A stretch of DNA of 64,000 bases from a virus (lineage: Duplodnaviria > Caudoviricetes). Shown here piece after piece: positions 48,686 through 57,399 of this stretch. The position numbers and the translations under genes are program-made. Below the pieces are notes generated by a model. It ran no database searches and was not told the DNA's origin. It worked only from the letters and a program-made list of their open reading frames with translations. The stretch lies in IMG/VR virus record IMGVR_UViG_3300028833_000071. One strand, 5' to 3'. Each line of letters opens with the position of its first letter. The first letter of the stretch is position 1.

Positions 48686-50002
48686 ATGGAAATTAAGACT
48701 TATTACGACATTTTAACTTATTTAAAAGAAGTTATCAAAGGTACTGAATATGAGGGCCATGTATTTTCTGTTGGAGGCTGTGAGCGAGATAAGCATCTTG
48801 GTTCAGATACCATCAAGGATATTGATATTGTTGTTGACCTTATGGATGGTGGAATTCGTTTCGCAAAGTGGCTTGAATCTAACGGACACACTAAAGGTTC
48901 CGTAGTTGTGTACGAGAACTTTGGCACAGCCATGTTCAAACTCAAGGAATTTCCTGACGAGGAAATTGAAACCGTACACACAAGAAAGGAAACCTACAGG
49001 GACAAGAACAGCCGTAACCCTGAGACTGCATTCGGAACAATCAATGACGATTGTTTCCGTAGGGACTTTACCATCAACTCATTATACCACAACATTTCAA
49101 AGGATGAAGACCTTGACTTGACTGGTAGAGGCTTTGATGACCTTGAAAAAGGACTTATCTACACTTGCTCTTCTCCTGATTTAATCTTCACCGAGGACCC
49201 ATTAAGGCAATTAAGAGCCGCAAGGTTTTCTGCAAAACTTGGTTTCCTTATTGATAATGATGTTTTTGAATCAATGAAAAGGAACATTGAACGCCTTAAA
49301 ATCATTTCTCAGGAACGAATCACCGATGAATTCAATAAGATTCTGATGTCTGGCCATCCATATATTGGATTGAGCTATCTTAATGACATTGGCTTTTTCG
49401 ATACTATTACCCCGTACCTGTTCACTTATGAAAACGGAGAAAGAAATGAGGCCGCAAAGGAAGGTGCATTTGAATCTGTATTGGAGATTGTTGAAAAATA
49501 CAACTACGACCTTGAAACCGTTCTTGGTGCATTTGTCCAGAATTGGTATTGTGAAAGTAAGCAGAGAAATAAGTTCCTAAAGGAATTCAAGTACTCAAAC
49601 GATACTATTAACAAAGTAAACTTCTATGCAATGAAAGCATTTCCTCTTGAACTTGCTTGTAAGTGGAAACTTGGAAGCAAAATCCGTGAGATTGCTTATG
49701 AATGCAACACGATTGAAGATTTCAGCCACATTGTTGCAATTGCAAAATCATTCCCAAGACTAAAAGACGGAATCTGTGTATTTAATTTTCTCAAAACAAT
49801 TGATATTGATGAAATGATTGGGTATAAACTCCCCGTCAATGGTGACGATATTATGGAAATTCGTGGCATAGGCCCATGTAAAGAAGTAAAAACAATAATT
49901 GACCATTTGCTCGAATGCGCATTCATGAATCCAAAAATCACAAGAGACGAATGCGTTGAAATAATAAAAAATGTTAAACTAAAAAATATTGTAGTAAAAT
50001 GA
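48686..50002 (+). CDS. cca: tRNA nucleotidyltransferase (CCA-adding/poly(A) polymerase family)
   Basis: VGGCERD..LG...KDIDI, FGT, D..RRDFTINS, EDPLR.LRA.RF, ISQERI..E. Confidence 0.92.
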   Translation: MEIKTYYDILTYLKEVIKGTEYEGHVFSVGGCERDKHLGSDTIKDIDIVVDLMDGGIRFAKWLESNGHTKGSVVVYENFGTAMFKLKEFPDEEIETVHTRKETYRDKNSRNPETAFGTINDDCFRRDFTINSLYHNISKDEDLDLTGRGFDDLEKGLIYTCSSPDLIFTEDPLRQLRAARFSAKLGFLIDNDVFESMKRNIERLKIISQERITDEFNKILMSGHPYIGLSYLNDIGFFDTITPYLFTYENGERNEAAKEGAFESVLEIVEKYNYDLETVLGAFVQNWYCESKQRNKFLKEFKYSNDTINKVNFYAMKAFPLELACKWKLGSKIREIAYECNTIEDFSHIVAIAKSFPRLKDGICVFNFLKTIDIDEMIGYKLPVNGDDIMEIRGIGPCKEVKTIIDHLLECAFMNPKITRDECVEIIKNVKLKNIVVK

Positions 50003-50574
50003 GCGGAAAAGATGTTTTGACCCTTTTATTGTGTTCATTCGGGTATGATAGAAACATAAAAATCGAAGTGACAAATGTTGGCTATAGCGAGCCAATGTAT
50101 GATGTATATGCTGAAAATAAAGATGGTGATGTATATGAGCAAATTGATAGTGAGGGGCTTATGTTTCATATATACGAAATCATTTCATATATGACAGAAT
50201 ATAATAAGTACATAAACGGTCCGTCAGAAAAAACTAAAAATTTTGATTTAAACAATTTGCATTTTGAAAGCAAATGGTGGGGTGTTGCGCCAAAGCACAT
50301 ACTTAATGCGGAGACAAGAGAAAAAATAATAAAGGAAAATGACGAAAGGGATGAAAGAATAAAGCAAGAAATCGAAAGAATGAAACCATTTGATAAATGG
50401 GTCGAAGAGCATAATCCATGCAATTCTTGCACAGAAAAAGTTCCTTTGACATCACTTCCTTCAGGATGGCATCACGATTGTGAAATATGTTATAATGGAA
50501 GATGCCCAAAAATGAGACATTTTTTGGATGTGGAGTATAAAGAAGAACTTAAAAAATATAGAGATGGAAAATAA
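49999..50574 (+). CDS. hypothetical protein with C-terminal Cys/His cluster
   Basis: CNSC...CEIC...C. Confidence 0.7.
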   Translation: MSGKDVLTLLLCSFGYDRNIKIEVTNVGYSEPMYDVYAENKDGDVYEQIDSEGLMFHIYEIISYMTEYNKYINGPSEKTKNFDLNNLHFESKWWGVAPKHILNAETREKIIKENDERDERIKQEIERMKPFDKWVEEHNPCNSCTEKVPLTSLPSGWHHDCEICYNGRCPKMRHFLDVEYKEELKKYRDGK

Positions 50575-51388
50575 TTTTAAGTTCACGGAAGAGTATATCC
50601 AAAAGAAACTTGACGGATTCTTTGCTGATAGCACAAAGAAATATGTCATCGAAAATCTTTATGTTTTTAGTTGGGAATCCGACAAGCTGATTGAAACAAG
50701 GTCTGGACTTATATATGAATTTGAGATTAAGATAAGCAGGTCAGATTTCAAGAATGACTTCAAGAAAAAGGACAGACATATCATACTTGAGGGCGGACAA
50801 ACACATTTGCCAATATTTGAAACTTTAAATCCGATATACCAGAAAATGTACGAAAAGAATTATTTGGTCAGTAATTTCAAAAAGCCTAATTACTTTTATT
50901 ATGCGGTTCCTGAGGGCCTTATCACAGTAGATGAAGTACCTGAATACGCTGGCTTGATATATATTATTCCTGATGACGGAGAATACCACTTTACATGGTT
51001 TCGGATTGCCAAGCAAGCGCCTAAATTGCACAATGTAAAATATTCAGACGATGACCTTAATCTTGGAGAAAAGTTCTATTACAATATGCTGTCATGGAAA
51101 GATAAGTTCCGTCAGGAAAGGGAAAAACAACTTCTTGCCGAAGGTGCTGACCAAAAAATGACATATGCTGAATTGCTTGACAAATACAACAAATCAAAAA
51201 GAGAAATAAATGGCTACAAGGCCCTTATTAATCAATTAGACGAGCAAAAGAAACTCCATTTCGAGAATGAATTGAATGATAGGGAAATCATAAAAGCCTA
51301 TAGAAAAAAAGTTAATGATTTTGACAAAAGTTTTAATCCCTTTGATTTTGAAAATAAAATAATTGAAGAATATGAAAATTTGGCATAA
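50564..51388 (+). CDS. MmcB-like PD-(D/E)XK nuclease-fold protein
   Basis: WESD, EFEIKISRSDFKND..K, PNYFYYAVP, PEYAGL. Confidence 0.75.
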   Translation: MENNFKFTEEYIQKKLDGFFADSTKKYVIENLYVFSWESDKLIETRSGLIYEFEIKISRSDFKNDFKKKDRHIILEGGQTHLPIFETLNPIYQKMYEKNYLVSNFKKPNYFYYAVPEGLITVDEVPEYAGLIYIIPDDGEYHFTWFRIAKQAPKLHNVKYSDDDLNLGEKFYYNMLSWKDKFRQEREKQLLAEGADQKMTYAELLDKYNKSKREINGYKALINQLDEQKKLHFENELNDREIIKAYRKKVNDFDKSFNPFDFENKIIEEYENLA

Positions 51389-51396
51389 TTTTTGTA
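51379..51396 (+). promoter_or_regulatory. sigma54-like promoter
   Basis: TTTGGCATAATTTTTGTA upstream of 51435. Confidence 0.6.
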
Positions 51397-51434
51397 TATT
51401 ATAAAATAGAAATAAATTAAAAAAAAATTAAATT

Positions 51435-52259
51435 ATGGATTATCATTATACAGATATTTTTGAAATTGATGGGCAACTGATTGTTGCTGAAACGATTGAA
51501 GAGGCAATAAAATTGGCTTATGCTTTTAATGTATTGAATGATGGTTATGAGGTTACAAATATCAGACGTATAACGGCTGATTATCCACATACATATTATG
51601 CAATTGAAGAAGAAAAGGAAAATTGTCCGGGTTTAGGAATAGGAATCTCATCTCATGAATATGTTGACCTTGGATTGCCAAGTGGTACACTGTGGGCTAC
51701 TTGCAATATAGGTGCTGAAAACCCCGAAGATGCTGGCTTGTACTTCCAATGGGGTGACACTCAAGGATATACCGCTGCACAAGTAGGTACTGACAAGGTA
51801 TTTGATTGTGTACACTACAAATACAGCAACGCTGATGGCTCTGAAATGACCAAATACAATTCAACTGATGGCAAGACAGTCCTTGATAACGAGGATGACG
51901 CAGCCTATGTTAATTGGGGTAGTGATTGGAAGATGCCTACATTGGCTGATATAGAGGAATTGACTGCCAATACCACTCACGAAGTCGTTACTGTCAACGG
52001 TGTATCTGGTATGAGTTTCACTAGTAAAAACGGTAATGGTAATAGTATTTTTGTTCCTTTTGCTGGCTGTGCTGGTGAGAATGATGTTCTTTATGTTGAA
52101 AAGATAAGAGTATGCTATTATTGGTCAAGTTCACTCAATAGTGAGTATAATAGTTTTGCTCATAAACTTTATGTTAAAAATAATGGGAACGTCTATATCC
52201 GCAGCGAGAATCGTTGTGTCGGCTTCCCTGTGCGTCCTGTGCGTGTTCAGAACCAATAA
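51435..52259 (+). CDS. DUF1566/Fib_succ_major-like lectin-fold protein; second likely DGR target
   Basis: HEYVDLGLPSGTLWATCNIGA...YWSSS...GFPVRPVRVQNQ; last 32 nt identical to gene at 10708. Confidence 0.8.
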   Translation: MDYHYTDIFEIDGQLIVAETIEEAIKLAYAFNVLNDGYEVTNIRRITADYPHTYYAIEEEKENCPGLGIGISSHEYVDLGLPSGTLWATCNIGAENPEDAGLYFQWGDTQGYTAAQVGTDKVFDCVHYKYSNADGSEMTKYNSTDGKTVLDNEDDAAYVNWGSDWKMPTLADIEELTANTTHEVVTVNGVSGMSFTSKNGNGNSIFVPFAGCAGENDVLYVEKIRVCYYWSSSLNSEYNSFAHKLYVKNNGNVYIRSENRCVGFPVRPVRVQNQ

Positions 52260-52302
52260 TAATCAAAAACAAAATTAAAACTATATATAAAAAATTATCG
52301 TT

Positions 52303-52578
52303 ATGAAAAAAGAGTATAGTGTAAAAAGTGACCGTTATGGGCACACACATCATTTTGTTTTAACAACAAAGCCTAATTACATATTCAAACCAGCAGAATC
52401 ATGGATGCCAATCTATATAACTACCGACTCTGCAACAAAAAAAATATTAGCCGTAGATACTGAAGGTGGCCCATATTTGACTGTTGGATGGAGTAATGAT
52501 GAAATTGAAATCAAAGAAATATACGAAGTTGGCACAAAGATATTTTTCATATTAGAAGAGAAAAAAGATGAAGAATAG
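52303..52578 (+). CDS. hypothetical protein
   Basis: VDTEGGP motif; 91 aa. Confidence 0.7.
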   Translation: MKKEYSVKSDRYGHTHHFVLTTKPNYIFKPAESWMPIYITTDSATKKILAVDTEGGPYLTVGWSNDEIEIKEIYEVGTKIFFILEEKKDEE

Positions 52579-53068
52579 TTTTATTGTTTATGATAAGCAT
52601 GTGGCTTTTTGGGGTTCTGAGTTTTCAAATTTTTACCCATGCAAATTCACTTATTTGGGTAAAGAGTTTAAATCTTCTGAGCAGGCTTTTATGTATGAGA
52701 AAGCATTGTTTTTCAAGGATAATAAAACAGCCGAATTAATACTTAATGCCAATACACCAAAAGAAGCCAAAGCACTTGGAAGACAAGTTGCAAATTATGA
52801 TGATGAAATATGGGCTGAAGCCCGTGAAGACATTATGTATAATGTGGTTTTGGCAAAATTTACACAAAATTCAGAATTGGGAAAATTAATAACAAAAGCA
52901 GATTTATCAGATAAGACTTTTGTTGAAGGAAGCTATTATGATGGTATATGGGGTGTTAAAATGGATTATAGGAATCCTGATATTGATAATGAAGAAAATT
53001 GGAAAGGCCAAAATCTTTTGGGCAAAGTACTTAACAGAGTTAGAGAATTCATAATCAGATGCTTATAG
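52568..53068 (+). CDS. NADAR (YbiA/DUF1768) family hydrolase
   Basis: FSNFYP, SSEQAFM..KA..F.D, AKALGRQV, KFTQN, D.IWG, G.NLLG..L..VR. Confidence 0.92.
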   Translation: MKNSFIVYDKHVAFWGSEFSNFYPCKFTYLGKEFKSSEQAFMYEKALFFKDNKTAELILNANTPKEAKALGRQVANYDDEIWAEAREDIMYNVVLAKFTQNSELGKLITKADLSDKTFVEGSYYDGIWGVKMDYRNPDIDNEENWKGQNLLGKVLNRVREFIIRCL

Positions 53069-53088
53069 GAATAAATTTATAAAATATA

Positions 53089-53523
53089 ATGGATAAAACA
53101 AAAAACATAATGAAGTACGACGAATACATGGACAAAGAGTGCATTCCGATTTGCGATGCATTGAACGAGTTGCCTGGTGTGACCACATTCGAATCATGTT
53201 GTGGTCATCTTCAAAGACGATATGTTGTGTATCTTTATACCGACAACCCATATTCGATGGCTGTAATCGCAAGAGCATTGGACAGAAGATACCTTCCCGC
53301 AAAATCTACATGGAAAGTGACAATCGAAACAATTGATGTTGAAAGGATTCCACAGTTCTGCATCGGTATATATTCTGAAGAACCATTCAAAGATTATGAT
53401 ACAATGATGCATGATGTAAACGAGGTTGTTGAATCAATAAATTATTGGAGACAACCTGAATTTTATGACTATTTCAAGTTCACTAAATACAATAAAGATG
53501 TAAGTGAATCTTTGTGCCAATAA
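53089..53523 (+). CDS. hypothetical protein
   Basis: D..CIPICDALN.LPGV.T.ESCCGH motif; stop lies inside the TIR at 53512. Confidence 0.7.
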   Translation: MDKTKNIMKYDEYMDKECIPICDALNELPGVTTFESCCGHLQRRYVVYLYTDNPYSMAVIARALDRRYLPAKSTWKVTIETIDVERIPQFCIGIYSEEPFKDYDTMMHDVNEVVESINYWRQPEFYDYFKFTKYNKDVSESLCQ

Positions 53524-53536
53524 GTATATAATTACC
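53512..53536 (-). repeat. IS1595-type terminal inverted repeat
   Basis: TTGTGCCAATAAGTATATAATTACC. Confidence 0.7.
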
Positions 53537-53610
53537 AAAAAAAATTGTATATTTAGAATAGAGCAATTCATCCCCACCTGAAGGAAGGGGACTTCTTGCT
53601 TGATTAATTA
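53537..53610 (-). mobile_element. orphan IS200/IS605 left end (second variant)
   Basis: TATTTAGAATAGAGCAATTCATCCCCACCTGAAGGAAGGGGACTTCTTGCT parallels 60981-61032. Confidence 0.7.
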
Positions 53611-53640
53611 AAACAAATATAATTTTAAAAAATTAAATAA

Positions 53641-54375
53641 ATGAATGAAAAACAAAAAAATATGGAGGAATTTTGTCAGAGGGAAAAAGGTACTAAGATA
53701 AAGACTTTTTTCACCTCTGACCTGTAGCTACATTTCAGTCATTCTTCCATCTTATATTTCCATCCAGAAAGAAGAGAAGCCTGTGGTATTACATTAGAAG
53801 AGTTGCGACAGGATAAAGATGCAGCAATTGAAAAACACGATGAATGGTTAATTCAATTATGGAATAATACTGTTAAAAAATGTGACAACATCTATATTCT
53901 TGGTGATTTTTGCCTTGGTAACAAAGAGCGTACCGAACAAATTCTTAAAAGATTAAAGGGTAATAAATACCTTATCAGAGGAAACCATGACAAAAGTTGT
54001 AATGGTCTTGAAAATTATTTCAAATGGGTCGGTGATATTAAAGAGGTTAAATTTACCAATAATCAATATAAATTTATTGACCCAAATGAGACCTTCTGTG
54101 TTGAAATATGCCATTATCCATTATTAACTTGGAATAGAAGACCACATGGTACTGTACACCTCCATGGGCATTGCCATGGTACTATCGAAGATTTTAATAC
54201 AAATTCAAAGGAATTAAGGCTTGATGTTGGCCTTGATACCAAAATTGCCAATTATAATTTAATTGATTTGGAAACAATTTATAAATATTTTATCGAAATT
54301 CGCAATAAATCAGGCGTTTCAACATTCAATGATTATAACGAATGGCTTATGAAAGAACAAGGCTTTAGAATGTGA
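53641..54375 (+). CDS. calcineurin-like metallophosphoesterase with in-frame TAG at 53725-53727 (recoded or pseudogene)
   Basis: FFTSDL*LHFSH, WN..V, YILGDF, RGNHD, CHYP, HLHGHCHG, DVG.D all in one frame. Confidence 0.8.
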
Positions 54376-54428
54376 TTTTTTGAAAAATTAAAATTATTTT
54401 TGTATATTTAAATTATAATTTTAATAAA

Positions 54429-54809
54429 ATGAAAAGAGGCAAGGCATATTATTTAATAAAAGAGTGCTTCGATGAGGTAAAAAAACAAATACCGAATATC
54501 GAACTTGACCAATATAGGGATGGTGGTTCTCTTGCGATAACAATACCCACTGACACATATGATAACATTGTTATGCTTGCACCAATTAGAAATGTGAAAT
54601 TTAATGATAGAAACGAACATTTTATTGAATATGTGGTCACATTAAAAGAAGGGTGTACAAAGTTCGAAGACTTTTATAATAAAGAAAATACATTGGAAAG
54701 TGTTATGCTTGAAGATAGGCCTTATATGTTACCAAATCATAAATTTGACCAAAATAAATTAAAATCTGAAATCATAAAAATTTTAAAAAATAGATTAAAA
54801 ATAAATTAA
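54429..54809 (+). CDS. hypothetical protein
   Basis: 126-aa ORF after TTGTATATTT motif. Confidence 0.7.
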   Translation: MKRGKAYYLIKECFDEVKKQIPNIELDQYRDGGSLAITIPTDTYDNIVMLAPIRNVKFNDRNEHFIEYVVTLKEGCTKFEDFYNKENTLESVMLEDRPYMLPNHKFDQNKLKSEIIKILKNRLKIN

Positions 54810-54951
54810 AATTATGACACTTGATGAATTAATAACACATTTAACAAATCTTAGCCAAGCAGATTATGATAATTATGAAGTTAATATCACTGAGATAAAT
54901 ATTGATGTTAATAATGAGAAAATAATAATCAGTTAAAAAAAAAAATAGTAT

Positions 54952-55323
54952 ATGAACATTTATTATTTGGGATTTAAGTTTAAGGCTGATGTAATCGTAT
55001 TAAAGGTCACAGCCAATCAATTGGCCAATGAATTGTTGGGCAATGCCGATAATATAATGGATTTGAAATGGAACCATGAACACAAAGATACTGAATTTGG
55101 AATAAGTGAACAAGGGTATACCAATCATTTTTATATTGATGGAGAACGATATGTCGTTGAATTTTCAGATGACCCACATTTCTTGAATTTGTATGAATAT
55201 CATAAGGAAGACGATGGAACATGGTATGGTGAAAATAGAGTTGCTGAAAATATTCCATGGATTTGCCTCAAAATAGAAGACGAAAACGGTAATGAAATTT
55301 ATAATTTAAATAATGAAATATAA
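54952..55323 (+). CDS. hypothetical protein, paralogue of 55875
   Basis: Shared KVTANQL.NELLGN, EFGIS.QG.T, DDPHF, NIPW.C.KIEDE.GNEIYNLNNEI. Confidence 0.8.
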   Translation: MNIYYLGFKFKADVIVLKVTANQLANELLGNADNIMDLKWNHEHKDTEFGISEQGYTNHFYIDGERYVVEFSDDPHFLNLYEYHKEDDGTWYGENRVAENIPWICLKIEDENGNEIYNLNNEI

Positions 55324-55325
55324 TT

Positions 55326-55610
55326 ATGATATATCCATTAACAAAAGAACATCTTACTAAAGACGATATTAAGGTTGTTAAACACCTAAATGCTATTAAT
55401 AATCTTTTTAAAAAGGGTGACTTAACCGTATCATCTTTATTTGCTGATACTGGTTCATTAAAATTGTTAAAAACTATAGATGGTATTGATTATGAAGTTG
55501 AATCTTATTGTCATATTATTTGTGATGGTGGTGACCCTGATTCGTCTGGATTTTTTGGTATACATTCTCAAGAAGAATTGGAAAATTTATACGAAGAAGA
55601 AAATGTTTAA
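55326..55610 (+). CDS. hypothetical protein
   Basis: ICDGGDPD motif. Confidence 0.7.
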   Translation: MIYPLTKEHLTKDDIKVVKHLNAINNLFKKGDLTVSSLFADTGSLKLLKTIDGIDYEVESYCHIICDGGDPDSSGFFGIHSQEELENLYEEENV

Positions 55611-55644
55611 AATAAAAAAAAAAGAAAAATGTTTGTAATTTAAT

Positions 55645-55854
55645 ATGGATACAGTAAAGGTTTATATTCAGCATTACCAATGTGGTCTTAGCGGCGAACT
55701 TATAGATTGCAGACATTATAAAGGAGAATGCAGGGAATGTTCAAACCATCATAAGAGTTTTGTCGAAGAAAAAAATGTGACAAAAGATGAACTTTTAGAA
55801 TTAATAAATAACGCATCAGATTGGTATGATGTTTTAGAAAAATATGAAAAATAA
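55645..55854 (+). CDS. small Cys-containing hypothetical protein
   Basis: 69-aa ORF. Confidence 0.65.
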   Translation: MDTVKVYIQHYQCGLSGELIDCRHYKGECRECSNHHKSFVEEKNVTKDELLELINNASDWYDVLEKYEK

Positions 55855-55874
55855 AAAGGTATTATTATAAATTA

Positions 55875-56252
55875 ATGAATGTTTATTATTTAGCGTTTAG
55901 ATATGAAAAAGACGTAAATGTTGTAAAAGTTACTGCAAATCAATTGGGTAATGAATTATTAGGCAATACTGATGATATTTTTGCCTTAAAATGGGATAAA
56001 GAACGTGAAGAAGACGAATTTGGTATTAGTGACCAAGGATTTACAAAACATTTATGGTTTGATGGTAAAGATTATGTAATAGAGTTTGCTGATGACCCTC
56101 ATTTCTTCAATATTTATGAATACGCTAAAGACGAAGAAGAGCCAAATAAATGGTATGGCGAACATATAGTAGCAAGAAACATTCCTTGGGTCTGTATTAA
56201 AATTGAAGATGAGGACGGAAATGAAATTTATAATTTGAATAATGAAATTTAA
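55875..56252 (+). CDS. hypothetical protein, paralogue of 54952
   Basis: High similarity to 54952..55323. Confidence 0.8.
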   Translation: MNVYYLAFRYEKDVNVVKVTANQLGNELLGNTDDIFALKWDKEREEDEFGISDQGFTKHLWFDGKDYVIEFADDPHFFNIYEYAKDEEEPNKWYGEHIVARNIPWVCIKIEDEDGNEIYNLNNEI

Positions 56253-57018
56253 AATGGAAAAAAGCATAAAAGTATTAATCATTCCTGATGTTCACGGAAG
56301 GGAATTTTGGCGTGAGCCGGTAAAAGAGATTTTAGAAAATACAGATGCGAGAATCGTTTTCTTAGGCGATTACCTTGACCCTTATCCGTGGGACTTTGAC
56401 CATAATCATTACCAACAACAAGCAATTGATGTTTTTAATGAAATAATCAATTTGAAAAAAGAAAACAAAGACAGAATTACTTTATTGCTTGGTAATCATG
56501 ATATGGGATATAGATTCGGCCTTGATATATGTGATTGCCGTACTGACTATTATAATTTTGAAAAGATTAGGAATACATTTATTGAGAATAAGGATTTGTT
56601 CCAACTTGCAGATGAAGAATACATTGAAGATAAGCACTATATTTTTAGTCATGCAGGAATACACAAAGGATATGTGAAATATGCATTTCCCGATGAGTTT
56701 GATTCCATAACCGAAGAAAATGTTGTTGATTATTTTAATAATGCCTATTTTACTGAAGACCCTAAAGTCATTAATTCACTTGGAATGTATGATGCTTATA
56801 GAGGATATGGAGCATATGATTATGGCTCTCTTGTATGGGCTGATATTCATAGCTGGCTTCATAGACTTTCAGACGAAGAGGAATATGATGTATATCAAAT
56901 ATTTGGGCATACTCAAATGGAACACGGAAGTGGTGGTTTTTTTGCAAATACATTTGCTTGTTTAGATAGTGCTGAAGCATTTATAATTAATGATTTAGGA
57001 AAAATTGAACAATTTTAA
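56242..57018 (+). CDS. calcineurin-like metallophosphoesterase
   Basis: IPDVHGR, FLGDYLD, LGNHD, SHAG, QIFGHT. Confidence 0.92.
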   Translation: MKFKMEKSIKVLIIPDVHGREFWREPVKEILENTDARIVFLGDYLDPYPWDFDHNHYQQQAIDVFNEIINLKKENKDRITLLLGNHDMGYRFGLDICDCRTDYYNFEKIRNTFIENKDLFQLADEEYIEDKHYIFSHAGIHKGYVKYAFPDEFDSITEENVVDYFNNAYFTEDPKVINSLGMYDAYRGYGAYDYGSLVWADIHSWLHRLSDEEEYDVYQIFGHTQMEHGSGGFFANTFACLDSAEAFIINDLGKIEQF

Positions 57019-57091
57019 AAATAAAATTTGTATATTTTAATTGAAGATAATTTTAAAAAAGAAAGATAAAACATTAAATAAAGATTAGAAT

Positions 57092-57370
57092 ATGATTTGG
57101 ATTAGACTTATTTTAACACTTGTCATCATGTTAATGGCAATTTACTATGTAATGCTTTTATTTCAATGTGTAACAGATTGGTTCAAATTCACCAATAGGA
57201 AAATAACATTTAAGAGATGTTTGATACCTTTTTATTATTGGATTGCACCAATTAATGAAGGAAAAAAGAACAAACCTGTTTCGGACTATGCTGATGAAGA
57301 AAGTCATGAAACTGAAACACGTGAAAAGAATATTAAAGAAAAAACTTCGTTTAAAAAAACTAAAAAATAA
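57092..57370 (+). CDS. small membrane protein
   Basis: N-terminal TM helix, LIPFYYW. Confidence 0.7.
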   Translation: MIWIRLILTLVIMLMAIYYVMLLFQCVTDWFKFTNRKITFKRCLIPFYYWIAPINEGKKNKPVSDYADEESHETETREKNIKEKTSFKKTKK

Positions 57371-57399
57371 ATTTATTATTAATTAAAAATTAAAAAAAC

